A stretch of DNA of 64,000 bases from an uncultured Rhodobacteraceae bacterium (GTDB lineage: Bacteria; Pseudomonadota; Alphaproteobacteria; Rhodobacterales; Rhodobacteraceae), in contig CANMYO010000006.1 of NCBI GenBank assembly GCA_947502145.1, positions 11,476 to 75,475 of the forward strand. Direction: 5' to 3'. Both the position numbers and the translations under genes were made by a program. This document shows, one piece after another, positions 44,388-53,945 of the stretch (the stretch's first letter is position 1; each line of letters opens with the position of its first letter). The notes under the pieces were generated by a model that was not told the origin of the DNA, did no database searches, and worked only from the letters and a program-made list of their open reading frames with translations.

Positions 44388-45689
44388 ATGAAAAACACAG
44401 GTTGGCGCAAGCCGACACCGGGTCTTGGGGTTGCAGAGCAACTTGCCCAAGCCGGTGAACGGGTAGCTATACCCAAAACACGAGCATTTGTTGCGGTTAA
44501 GCGCGTTGGAGCACATATCGGCCTCAAGGCTGGTGATATGATGCTCCTGGACACGTTAGGAGCCTTCACACAGGCTCAGGACTGGGAAGAGGGCAGGCGG
44601 CCCATCGTTTGGGCATCCAACGCCTATCTGATGGAACAGACAGGTTTCTCGCTCTCCGCCCTGAAGCGCCATGCGCGACGCTTAGCGGAGGCAGGGGCCA
44701 TTGCTTTCAAAGACAGCCCCAATGGGAAGCGATGGGGCAAGAGGGACGCTGAGGGCGTCATCGTCGAGGCTTACGGCTTTGATTTGTCGCCATTGTCGGC
44801 CCGTGTGGACGAGTTTGAGCAGCTGCATGCCCAGTTGCAGGCGGAACGAGAGCTGTGCCAGCGGCTGAAACGCCAAATCACGGTCGCGCGGCGCATGATC
44901 CGCGCACGGATCGAAGCAGCCGTCAGCGGGGCGCTCAGCGGCCCGTGGGTGCAGTTTACGAGTCTGTTCGAGGACCTTCTTGGCCGTCTGCCACGCCGAA
45001 ACGAAGGATCGGACCGGCTTATGGGCCTGCTGACATGGTTCAAAGAGCTTCAGGAGCGTGTGGAAGCTGCCTACCTCAAGGCTCTACAGGGGGAAGAAGT
45101 TGTGGAAAACAGCCCTGGTGATGTTGAACAAGTGTCTAACAAGACTCAACAAATGGACCCCAGGGAGGTCATTTCCGACCCTCATATACTAATTACAAAA
45201 CAACTCATTCCTGTAATTAGTAATTCCTCAGAAAAAGAGGAAGCGGCGGACGTGGTGCCCAATCCGCCACCGGAGGAGCGTGTTGATAGCGCGTTAGAGG
45301 ATTGGGTTGTTGAGGTTCGCAAAAAACGGACAGCGGTCGATTTGCCAACAATCATGCAAGCTTGTCCTGAGTTTGCGTCCTGGGCGCGCAGTATGGGCGG
45401 ATTCCTGAAGGATTGGGGCGATTTGCACCGGGTCGCAGGGCAACTCAGGCCTATGATAGGTATTTCTGAGCATGCGTGGAACAGTGCGCAGGAAATGCTG
45501 GGCAAACAGGTGGCAACGGCCGCTTTGGTCTTGGTCTTTGAAAAACACAGCACGGGTGAAGTCACCTCTCCAGGTGGATATCTGCGCGGTATGGTCGAGA
45601 AGGCCGGGGCAGGGGAGTTGCATCTCGAACGCAGTTTCTTTGGCCGATTGAGCGGGGCCGCAGCGCGATATGGGGCGACGGCCATTTGA
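44388..45689 (+). CDS. repC: Replication initiator RepC
   Basis: 433 aa. N-terminal WRKPTPGL ... LLDTLGAFT ... VWASNAYL ... LKRHARRLAEAGAIAFKDSPNGKRWGKRD ... AYGFDLSPL matches the RepC N-domain as I recall it. RBS GAGGAGG upstream. Confidence 0.85.
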   Translation: MKNTGWRKPTPGLGVAEQLAQAGERVAIPKTRAFVAVKRVGAHIGLKAGDMMLLDTLGAFTQAQDWEEGRRPIVWASNAYLMEQTGFSLSALKRHARRLAEAGAIAFKDSPNGKRWGKRDAEGVIVEAYGFDLSPLSARVDEFEQLHAQLQAERELCQRLKRQITVARRMIRARIEAAVSGALSGPWVQFTSLFEDLLGRLPRRNEGSDRLMGLLTWFKELQERVEAAYLKALQGEEVVENSPGDVEQVSNKTQQMDPREVISDPHILITKQLIPVISNSSEKEEAADVVPNPPPEERVDSALEDWVVEVRKKRTAVDLPTIMQACPEFASWARSMGGFLKDWGDLHRVAGQLRPMIGISEHAWNSAQEMLGKQVATAALVLVFEKHSTGEVTSPGGYLRGMVEKAGAGELHLERSFFGRLSGAAARYGATAI

Positions 45690-45989
45690 TATCCACGGCT
45701 TTGCTGGACAGTGAATCTGCGGCACTGGTTGAAGATGGACCGGAGCTAGTCAAGAGGACGCCCGAGGGCTATGCGATCGATCATAGGGCAGGGGAAGGAG
45801 CGAAGCCTCAGTCAGTCATACATTTCTAGGATGGAGTTACTAAGCCGGAGTATAATTCTTCTTATATATCTTAGATCGGAGTTTTGGCGGATTTAAGACG
45901 GAAAGCCTTGATTTTTTGAAGGCTACGCCTTATGCCGGACAAAAGTCCGCTTTAACAACTATAAATCGGAACAAAATCCGATGTAAATC

Positions 45990-46406
45990 TTGGAGAGTGT
46001 TGTGAAGTCGTTACAAGTTAAATCCGCTTTGTCGCAGCTTGGTCGCGATATCCAGACCGCGCGCAAAAGGCGTCTCATGTCGGTTGCGGATTTCTGTAGC
46101 CGGATTGGCGTCAGCGATAAGACCCTTGCGAAGCTGGAGCGAGGTGATGGCGGTGTCCGGCTTGAGACCTTTGCCATGGCGCTTCTGGCTTTGGGCATGC
46201 TGGACCGTCTGGCTGAGATCGCCGATCCTGCCTCAGATTCGACTGGCATCGGGCTGGACCGTGAGAAACTCCCGGAGCGCATCCGGCAGCGCGGCTCATC
46301 GGCATCCATGCGGACCGGTAAAGGAATAGAGACCATTCCCGATCACCTAAGAGACCCGTCAAAGGGATCAACCGAGCTTGATGACGACGAAGGGACAGCA
46401 TTCTGA
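45990..46406 (+). CDS. hipB: HipB-like Xre-family antitoxin
   Basis: 138 aa (TTG start tracked; GTG at 46002 possible). HTH RRLMSVADFCSRIGVSDKTLAKLERG. Its stop overlaps the hipA ATG (TGATG). Confidence 0.7.
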   Translation: MESVVKSLQVKSALSQLGRDIQTARKRRLMSVADFCSRIGVSDKTLAKLERGDGGVRLETFAMALLALGMLDRLAEIADPASDSTGIGLDREKLPERIRQRGSSASMRTGKGIETIPDHLRDPSKGSTELDDDEGTAF

Positions 46407-47638
46407 TGGCTGAAGCTTCTGTGGTCCTTGGGAATGCCTGTATCCCAATCGGACGTTTGATTTTTGAAACCGACGGTCGGCGGTCACATTCCACGTTCAT
46501 CTATGACGAGAGATGGCTTGAAAACCCGATAGGATTTGATCTTGCCCCGGACATGCCGCGCAGCCGTGCGCCATTTCATTTCTCTGCAGAGGGGCGCGAA
46601 AGCCGTCGACGAGATGTCCTTGCTGGGCCCTTCACGGACACATCGCCTGATAGTTGGGGACGCAAGCTTATTCGTCGCGTGCGTGGAGAGGGGGCTACGG
46701 AATTCGACTATCTGGTTGCGGCCGAAGACAAGGCCCGCCACGGGGCGTTGCGGTTCTTTAACGAGAAAGGAGAGTTGTTCCATCCGGATCAACCTCCTGT
46801 GCCACGCTTGGCCAACATCGAAGAACTGCGCGCGATCGCAGCGCGGTATGAACGGGATCCGGAAGGCGCGGAAGCCGAAGCGCGTGATCTTGTCGGTGCG
46901 GCAGGTTCCCTTGGAGGTGCGCGTCCCAAGGCCAATGTCGAGGATGGTGCGGACCTTTGGATTGCGAAGTTCACCTCAATTGACGACACATGGCCAGTAG
47001 AACGGTTGGAAATCGCCACACTTGCAATGGCCCGCGCGGTAGGAATTCGGACACCGGAGGCGCGGCTTGAGCTGGCAGCTAGCCAGCATCCAGTTGGCCT
47101 CATCAAGCGCTTTGATCGTCGCGAAAGTGGCCGCTTTCCCTACATGTCGGCCCGGACGGCCTTGGGCAAGAAAGGGTCCGCCCACGGCTACTACACCGAC
47201 ATCGTGGATGCTTTGCGGCAAATGTCCGTCTTGCCGGAAAAGGACATTCGGGAACTGTGGCAACGCCTGTTGTTCACCGTGCTAATCACAAACACAGATG
47301 ACCATCTAAAAAACCATGGTCTTCTCTATGTCCGTGACAACCGCTGGCGTCTGTCACCGATGTTTGACGTCAACCCGCAGCCGCGCAGGCAACCTACTCT
47401 CGAAACGGGGATCAGCGATGTTCACGGTTTTGAGCCCTCCGTGGAAGCGGTGATCGATGCGGCACCTTTCTTTGACATCTCAAATGCCGATGCCAAGGAT
47501 ATGGCGAGAAACATCGCCAACACGATTGCTACGATATGGACCGAAACACTCCGTCAGCATGGCATAACCGGCGCTGCGCTGAGGCGATGTGCACCTGCAT
47601 TTGAACATGAGAGAATGGAGACGGCACTCGCCTTGTAG
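46406..47638 (+). CDS. hipA: HipA-family serine/threonine kinase toxin
   Basis: 410 aa. GSLGGARPKA (P-loop-like) and TNTDDHLKNHG (catalytic loop). Confidence 0.85.
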   Translation: MAEASVVLGNACIPIGRLIFETDGRRSHSTFIYDERWLENPIGFDLAPDMPRSRAPFHFSAEGRESRRRDVLAGPFTDTSPDSWGRKLIRRVRGEGATEFDYLVAAEDKARHGALRFFNEKGELFHPDQPPVPRLANIEELRAIAARYERDPEGAEAEARDLVGAAGSLGGARPKANVEDGADLWIAKFTSIDDTWPVERLEIATLAMARAVGIRTPEARLELAASQHPVGLIKRFDRRESGRFPYMSARTALGKKGSAHGYYTDIVDALRQMSVLPEKDIRELWQRLLFTVLITNTDDHLKNHGLLYVRDNRWRLSPMFDVNPQPRRQPTLETGISDVHGFEPSVEAVIDAAPFFDISNADAKDMARNIANTIATIWTETLRQHGITGAALRRCAPAFEHERMETALAL

Positions 47639-48128
47639 GGAACGCTCGTGACATTGATGTCGCCACTTGTCGGAAGGAACTCATAGTTTTTCCGCTGCAG
47701 ATGTTTTGTAGTCTTCGTCGGGATGCAATTCCGGCCCGTCTATTCTGCGGGCTGAAGGTCTTTTCCTGTACAAATCGGCGTTCGCCAACGGATCGGGGCT
47801 CGAACATCTGCCAAATAGCCAGGTCGCAGGTACGAGTTTCATTCCTGACAGGCACAACTCGCGGATCAACGATCGCCGTTATGAACCACGCCCAAACCAT
47901 CATGCCGATTGGGTGGTGTCGTGGCCATGGTTTGCTCAGTAGGTTTCTTCTCGTTTTCTTCCTTATGCAATCTCCGTGACCTAACCTGTCCGTCGGTCGC
48001 AGGCTCCCTTTAAGCAGAACTTTCCCCTGTCCGCTGCGCGTCCATTCCGCGCGGAGCAAAGTTCTGCGTGACAGCCAGTCCCACCGGTCTCGGTTTCTCG
48101 TTTGCATCGAAAACGAAAGGAACCCGAC

Positions 48129-48329
48129 ATGACCAAATACTACACAGTCACAACCCCAGACACCGGCAAAGACGGCAAGACGCGCTTTCACAAAGTTGGC
48201 GTCGCCTTCCCTCAAAACGAAGGGGCCAAATCCTTCATGACCATCCAGCTCTTCGCAAATCCGATCAACGGCGAATTGGTTCTCTTCGAGCCGAAGGCGG
48301 ACCCCGACGATGCACCGGTCGTCGAGTGA
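48129..48329 (+). CDS. Small conserved hypothetical protein (66 aa)
   Basis: MTKYYTVTTPDTGKDGKTRFHKVGVAFPQNEGAKSFMTIQLFANPINGELVLFEPK. ATG 48129 after AAAGGAA. Typical small gene of ICE/plasmid leading regions. Confidence 0.5.
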   Translation: MTKYYTVTTPDTGKDGKTRFHKVGVAFPQNEGAKSFMTIQLFANPINGELVLFEPKADPDDAPVVE

Positions 48330-48397
48330 ACGCCGACCTCACGAGAGGGCTGCTGGCCCTCTCGAACTTCACAACCAAATGCCCGAAGGACAGTCTC

Positions 48398-48757
48398 ATG
48401 AACCTCTTGCCACAGAAAATTCTCGATCAACTTGCCGCCAATGGCCACGCAAATTTCACCCGCATCCAAGCTGGCGAAGACACCATCGACCACGCGCCAG
48501 TAGTCAAACTCTTCACACCTGACGGAGGTGCGACCTGGCTCCTCTCTGAGACCGAACCCGATGATCCAGATATCGCGTTTGGTCTTTGTGATCTCGGCCT
48601 TGGATTTCCCGAACTTGGCTCTGTCCGGATCAGTATACTTTTGGCTCATCGCGGTCGCCTTGGCTTGCCGATCGAACGCGACTTGCACTTCCAAGCAGAT
48701 GCCCCTCTCAGCGTATACGCTGAACGTGCCCGCGATGCCGGAGGAATCCTGGCATGA
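48398..48757 (+). CDS. DUF2958 family protein
   Basis: Start MNLLPQKIL (48398). VVKLFTPDGGATWLLSETEPDDPDIAFGLCDLGLGFPELGSV is the DUF2958 signature as I recall it. Confidence 0.7.
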   Translation: MNLLPQKILDQLAANGHANFTRIQAGEDTIDHAPVVKLFTPDGGATWLLSETEPDDPDIAFGLCDLGLGFPELGSVRISILLAHRGRLGLPIERDLHFQADAPLSVYAERARDAGGILA

Positions 48758-48990
48758 GTACAAATATCCGCCCTGATCATGTCAGCGCCTTCGAGGCGCT
48801 GACATCAGGAGACCATGATAACTTTGCTTTGTTCTCGTGCTTTCTAGATTGTGAACCTGTATCCGCCATCGCCGCCATCGTTGCTGTCACACCGCCAAAT
48901 GTGCCAGGTGGTGAGTACTTAATCACTCCTCTGTTCGTCAGCGTCACAGAGGCAATGTCTCTTACTGATCACGATGGCGACGCTGCCTGA
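48754..48990 (+). CDS. Hypothetical protein (78 aa), translationally coupled to DUF2958
   Basis: ATGA overlap at 48754-48757. No recognisable motif. Confidence 0.4.
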   Translation: MSTNIRPDHVSAFEALTSGDHDNFALFSCFLDCEPVSAIAAIVAVTPPNVPGGEYLITPLFVSVTEAMSLTDHDGDAA

Positions 48991-49379
48991 ATTTACCTGA
49001 AATCTAAGCAGCCGTCAGACATGGCGGGTGCTTCTATATGTCGGTGTTTGCGACCGAGGCAATGGTGCTGTCACAGGTTTCTTTGACGAACTTGTGCGGC
49101 CTCTCAAAGTGTCCGCTCGGGGCTGCGGTCCAAGTCAGATTAGCCCTGCGAGGCCATGGTTGGTCATTTGGCGGATGTCAAATGATGTCCGCAACAAAAT
49201 GCTTCCTGTGGCACCCTTTCGGGTGCGACCTCGCACCTGCGGTGCTTGGCGTGAAACGGAATACAAGGCTGCCTGCGCCCCAATTCACCGTAAGTATAGT
49301 ATTGACATTTTAGTATATTTTCGTATGGTAGGTGCAGCCTTGTATGAAGTTGGCAGGAAATAGGGGGTCTTTCTTCCGC

Positions 49380-49961
49380 ATGTCCCGATCGAAACGCCTG
49401 ACAGAGACAGAGAAGATGCAGATCGTCCGCGAGGCCTCGGAGGGTGTGTCGACGTCAGAGCTAGCGGAGCGCTTTGCGGTTACCTCGCGGGCCGTGCGCT
49501 ACGTTGTGAAAGCGGATGCGGAGCGCCAAAAGGACACGGCCGTCGCGACAGCTGCTGTCACCGTGAAGCTCACACCTGAGGAGCTTCATGCGTTCGATGA
49601 AGTGCTGGCGTCAGCGGGGATCGAGACGCGCTCGGAAGGGCTGCGGCGGCTCATTCAAACGGCAGGTGGCACCTTTGTTCCGGACGTCCAATTGGCTGCT
49701 GAGATGGCGCGCTATCGGGCTTCTCTAAATGACGTCGGGAATGCTGTCGCACAGATCGCAAAGCAGATGACGCAAGCGAACCGGATAGGGCAGGGGGCTG
49801 GTCCCGAGTTCTCCGAGCTTCGTCTCGCCCAGATGCGCGGGCTGGCACGCTTCATTCTCGACAGTGCCGATGAGATCGACCTGCTCGTTCGGCGCCGTCG
49901 GGACGCGATGCAGCTTGAGGCTATTACCGCCTTGAAGGAGTTTGCACATGCGGCTGAATGA
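49380..49961 (+). CDS. mobC: Relaxosome accessory protein (HTH + MobC-like domain)
   Basis: Start MSRSKRLTETEK (49380). N-terminal HTH (GVSTSELAERFAVTSRAVRYV). MobC-like LNDVGNAVAQIAKQMTQAN. Overlaps the relaxase start. Confidence 0.65.
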   Translation: MSRSKRLTETEKMQIVREASEGVSTSELAERFAVTSRAVRYVVKADAERQKDTAVATAAVTVKLTPEELHAFDEVLASAGIETRSEGLRRLIQTAGGTFVPDVQLAAEMARYRASLNDVGNAVAQIAKQMTQANRIGQGAGPEFSELRLAQMRGLARFILDSADEIDLLVRRRRDAMQLEAITALKEFAHAAE

Positions 49962-51804
49962 TGCTGTCGACGCGGTTACCGGTGAAGTCTTCCAGGATGG
50001 CTGGAGCCGTATTCGGGGCTCGATGCAAGGGCTGCACGTGTCCAAGCAGCGGCAGCTTGTTCGGGCTGCAGCCGGGCACCGTGCGGCGGTCTTCAAAGCG
50101 ATCCGAGGTGGAGGCACAAACTCCAAATCAGAACTGTCGAACCAGCTTGGATATCTGACCACCAAGTCTACCCATATCGTCGATAGCAGCGGGTTTCTGG
50201 ATGGGAAATCCAAGCTCAACAATCGCGAAATCAAAGACCTGACAGAGCGCTTTGCCAAGCGGTGGAGCGCGGGGTTCAAACCCAAGCTCGGACAGACGAC
50301 GCATATGCTGATGTCGTTTCCGATTGGGACAGATGGAGAGGACGTACGCGACATCGCTTCAGACGTTGCTGAACGCTTTCTCCAGACGGACGAAGGACAC
50401 TTTGATTACATCATTGCTGTTCATGAAGACCGCGATCACCCTCATGCGCATATCGTTTTGAACCGCCGGTCGCAGGAGGGAGAGTTCTTCTATTTGGCGC
50501 GCAACCATCGCTTCAACTACGACGACTTCCGCCTGGCGATGGTCGAGGAAGCCGAGAAATACGGTGTCCGTCTTGAAGCCACCCGCCGCATTGATCGTGG
50601 TGTAATTCATTATTCGCCGAGAACACGCGAGGTCTATGCCGCCAAGAGCGAGGGCCGTGAGGCGGAGCAACGAGAGCGCGTTGGTGCGGACTTGGAGCGA
50701 GCCTTGGCCGAGATCGCAAACACCCGTGAGATTTACCAGTCGCTGGCGGCAGAGGCTTCGCGCGAGAACCGGGACGATATCGCGGACGCCCTGTTCCGCG
50801 CAGGCGAAGTGTTGGCGCGGGGCGGGCGGCTCAATTTGGAAGGAGGCATCTACATGGCCGAAGAGCAGAGCTTTGATGATCTGAAGACCCGCTATGCGGA
50901 TCAGGTTGCGCGGATCCAAGGCATGATCGCAGAGACGCCAGAAGTTCAGCGTCCTAAGTTGGAGAAGAGTCTAAATGAGATTCAGGCGCGTCTGGCACAT
51001 ATGCAGCCGCTGGGGCTTCGGTCGGTCACACTGACAGAGCGACCGTCAGAGGGTGGGGTCTATTCTGAGGAGAACATCGAACGCCAGCAACTGGATCGCT
51101 TGCAAGACCCAGATGTACGGGCACAAGTCGTTACGGCCCTGCAGGGGACTGGGATCAGCACTGGCGTCGTCGTGGCCCGCATGGAGGCAGGTGCGCAAAA
51201 TGCAGCGCTCGAGCGCCAGTGGATCGCGGACGATCTGGCGCGGGTGGCGGAGACCGAAGGGCTCAATTTGGAACGTCGTGCGGATCTTGAGCAGGCGCGA
51301 GAAACACTCAATCGCGTCCATGTTCAGTTGGGGATCACTCTGGAGCGCGAGGAGGTCTTGCGTGAAGACGGTGTGATTGAGGAGTTCCGCGAGGACTTGT
51401 TTGATCGCAACAGCGTCACGGCACGAGAGGTCGGGCGGGAGACCGCGGCCGGACCCAATGCCAATGAAGAATTTCAACGTATCATTGCACACGAGAGGGA
51501 CGGTAGTCTGTCATCGCTCTTCGCCGATGACGACGCACGCCAGGACTACCGCGACGCGGTTGAGCGGGAGTTGGATGACGCGCAAGTGGCTGCATTGCGA
51601 GACGGCGATGCGGATGTCTTCAAAGCCCAGATCGAAGATCGCCTTGATCGTCTCTATGCAGCAAAAGCCTATCTGCAATCAGACGCAGCGACGGCCAACA
51701 GCGATGCCGCGCGAACCGTGGTCGAAGAAATCGCAGACCGCGAGTATGAGCGCGACCGCGCTGATCTTGTCGATGGTGAAACCGACCGCGGCCAGACGCA
51801 CTGA
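49942..51804 (+). CDS. VirD2-type conjugative relaxase (Relaxase/mobilisation nuclease family)
   Basis: 620 aa. Candidate catalytic Tyr region SNQLGYLTTKS and His triad HEDRDHPHAHIVLNR (HxDxDxxHxH). Long acidic C-terminal tail. Confidence 0.85.
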   Translation: MHMRLNDAVDAVTGEVFQDGWSRIRGSMQGLHVSKQRQLVRAAAGHRAAVFKAIRGGGTNSKSELSNQLGYLTTKSTHIVDSSGFLDGKSKLNNREIKDLTERFAKRWSAGFKPKLGQTTHMLMSFPIGTDGEDVRDIASDVAERFLQTDEGHFDYIIAVHEDRDHPHAHIVLNRRSQEGEFFYLARNHRFNYDDFRLAMVEEAEKYGVRLEATRRIDRGVIHYSPRTREVYAAKSEGREAEQRERVGADLERALAEIANTREIYQSLAAEASRENRDDIADALFRAGEVLARGGRLNLEGGIYMAEEQSFDDLKTRYADQVARIQGMIAETPEVQRPKLEKSLNEIQARLAHMQPLGLRSVTLTERPSEGGVYSEENIERQQLDRLQDPDVRAQVVTALQGTGISTGVVVARMEAGAQNAALERQWIADDLARVAETEGLNLERRADLEQARETLNRVHVQLGITLEREEVLREDGVIEEFREDLFDRNSVTAREVGRETAAGPNANEEFQRIIAHERDGSLSSLFADDDARQDYRDAVERELDDAQVAALRDGDADVFKAQIEDRLDRLYAAKAYLQSDAATANSDAARTVVEEIADREYERDRADLVDGETDRGQTH

Positions 51805-53828
51805 TGGGGACCATAGGCAAAACCCGGCTCGCGATCGGGGTAGTCTTGGTCACGCTGGTCGCCATCGCCATCGGCTATGTGATCGCATCGGCGGCGCTGA
51901 CATTCCGGGACATAGGCTTCGGGGCGGAGATCGACTTCTTCTACATCGCCAAGAACTATCTGGCGCTGCGGGCGTTCCGGCCGGACGATTTCCAACTGAT
52001 CAACCTGATCATGGGCGGGGCAGGGGTGGCAGGCTTTTTGATGAGCCTTGCCATGTCCGGTTCGGCGCTCACCCGCTTTGGATACACCCATTGGCAAACG
52101 CGCCGCGAAATGAAGCGCAACGGTTTCTTCGGAAAGCCCGGCACCGGCTTTGTGATCGGCAAACTTGGAAAGCCAAAATCCAAGGCACCGTTTCTCTGCT
52201 CAACGACGTTCCCCCATGCGCTGATCGTGGCCCCGACGGGGCGAGGTAAGACGACAGGCTTTGTCATCCCGAACCTGCTGATGTGGCAAGGATCAGCTGT
52301 GACCCTGGACGTGAAGGGTGAATGCTATGAGGCGACAGCGCGCCACCGGGCTGCACAGGGTGACAAGGTCTTCCGGTTTGCACCGACCGATTGGGAGGGC
52401 AAGCGGACGCATCGCTACAACCCGCTTTTGCGGATTAACGATCTTGAAGATCCAGCGCGTCAGCAGATGGAGTTGCAGCTCTTGGCAACGCTATTTCTGC
52501 AGAACGATAATGATCGTGTCCAAGGCTTGCTGAAGGGTGGCATTGATCTGTTCGTCGCAGCAGGTCTTTTGGCCTTCCAGCGCAAGAAGCCAACCTTAGG
52601 AGAAATCTACCGCATCTCAGCTTCGGGCGGGAACAAGCAGAAGGAATATTTGGCAAGGTCTCATGAGGTCGAGAACAAAGCCGCAAAACTGATATTTACG
52701 CGGCTGGCCTCGACCAACAACGATACGCTGACATCCTATGTGTCCCTCCTAATGACGTCTGGCTTGGATCAATGGCAGAACCCGGCGATTGACGAGGCGA
52801 CGGCAGTGTCTGACTTTGACTTGCGCACGATCCGCAGGAAGCCGTTCAGCGTCTATCTGGTCGTTCAGCCCCTGATGGTGAAACCATTGGCACCGCTCAT
52901 CCGGTTGCTGTTTTCTGACCTGTTGTCTGCCCTGCAAGACAAAGAGCCGGGTCCAGACGAGCCATGGCCGGTGATGATCATGCTCGATGAGTTCAACCGG
53001 TTGGGCAAAATGCCGATTGTAGCGGAAAGTATTGAGGTGCTTCGGCACTACCGAGGGCACCTTGCTGTCGTCACCCAAACTATCCCCGCCATTGATGAAA
53101 TTTATGGGGAGAACACGCGACGCGCTTTGCAGGGCAACGCGGGTGTTAAACTCTATCTGACCCCTTCAGACGAAAAGACGGTCGAGGAACTCAGCAAGGC
53201 TGTTGGGAAGACCACGAAGACAGTCGTCACCAAGTCGCGGTCGATCGGGAAGAACCCATTTGAAGGCAGGAGTCAGTCGACGAGGACCGAGGAGACATCG
53301 TTGTTGCCAGAGGATGAGGCGCGCCGGTTGCCGCTGGATGAGATCGTCTTAGTGGTAGATGCGCAGATGCCTGTGCGGGCAAAGCGGATACAGTATTTCG
53401 ATGATCCCTTCTTCAAGAGTATTCATGGAGCGCAAAAGGGGGAGATGCCGTTTCCCGTTGGCCCAGAGGACAGACCGAGTGGCGATGCTCCAAACCGTAA
53501 GAGAGCAGCAGCGTCAGACACTGTGGGGTCTCAATTTACGTCTGAGGTAAAAGCTGGCGAGGCCTCGTCATGGAGCCATAGACCCACTTCGACAACGACA
53601 AAACGACGACGTGACATACCCCAAGGGCGCGCAGCCGTGATTGCAAACGATCAACGGCAATTCGAAATGGATTTCGACGCGCAGGCGCACTTGGAGTTCG
53701 ACAGTCCGTCCGAAGAAGACGTGAGTCAGGTCGAACTCGCTCTAAGCGATCTCGAGCAGTTAGAAGGCGAGGTCACTAAGATGGCGGAGGGCACCGACAC
53801 GGCAAGCGAAAACGCCAGAGTTGGCTAA
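51804..53828 (+). CDS. virD4: Type IV coupling protein VirD4/TraG
   Basis: 674 aa. Two N-terminal TM segments, Walker A VAPTGRGKTTGFVIPN and Walker B MIMLDEFNRLG. Its start overlaps the relaxase stop. Confidence 0.9.
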   Translation: MGTIGKTRLAIGVVLVTLVAIAIGYVIASAALTFRDIGFGAEIDFFYIAKNYLALRAFRPDDFQLINLIMGGAGVAGFLMSLAMSGSALTRFGYTHWQTRREMKRNGFFGKPGTGFVIGKLGKPKSKAPFLCSTTFPHALIVAPTGRGKTTGFVIPNLLMWQGSAVTLDVKGECYEATARHRAAQGDKVFRFAPTDWEGKRTHRYNPLLRINDLEDPARQQMELQLLATLFLQNDNDRVQGLLKGGIDLFVAAGLLAFQRKKPTLGEIYRISASGGNKQKEYLARSHEVENKAAKLIFTRLASTNNDTLTSYVSLLMTSGLDQWQNPAIDEATAVSDFDLRTIRRKPFSVYLVVQPLMVKPLAPLIRLLFSDLLSALQDKEPGPDEPWPVMIMLDEFNRLGKMPIVAESIEVLRHYRGHLAVVTQTIPAIDEIYGENTRRALQGNAGVKLYLTPSDEKTVEELSKAVGKTTKTVVTKSRSIGKNPFEGRSQSTRTEETSLLPEDEARRLPLDEIVLVVDAQMPVRAKRIQYFDDPFFKSIHGAQKGEMPFPVGPEDRPSGDAPNRKRAAASDTVGSQFTSEVKAGEASSWSHRPTSTTTKRRRDIPQGRAAVIANDQRQFEMDFDAQAHLEFDSPSEEDVSQVELALSDLEQLEGEVTKMAEGTDTASENARVG

Positions 53829-53945
53829 GCAGTCATTGGGGATAGGCGCAGCAAAGGTCCTGAACGAGCCATAGTCACTGATGCTGCAGTTAGAATGAAT
53901 GTCTGAGAAACTCAGTTGAGCAGACATTGAAATAATCACCCAAAA

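Noticed and set aside
47529-48215. 228-aa minus-strand ORF between hipA and the DUF2958 cluster
   Set aside because: It overlaps the hipA 3' end and the 48129 small gene. It has no motif, no convincing RBS and a Arg/Trp/Cys-rich composition. I treat 47640-48128 as non-coding. A small real gene cannot be excluded.
49351-49358. Treating TGGCAGGA as a proven nic site
   Set aside because: An 8-mer is expected roughly twice by chance in 64 kb on two strands, and the nearby inverted repeat is on the unexpected side relative to RP4-type geometry. It is kept only as a candidate within the oriT finding.
51377-52249. 290-aa + strand ORF spanning the relaxase/VirD4 junction
   Set aside because: It is out of frame with and overlaps two strongly supported genes. 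Its composition is low-complexity and Arg/Pro-rich.
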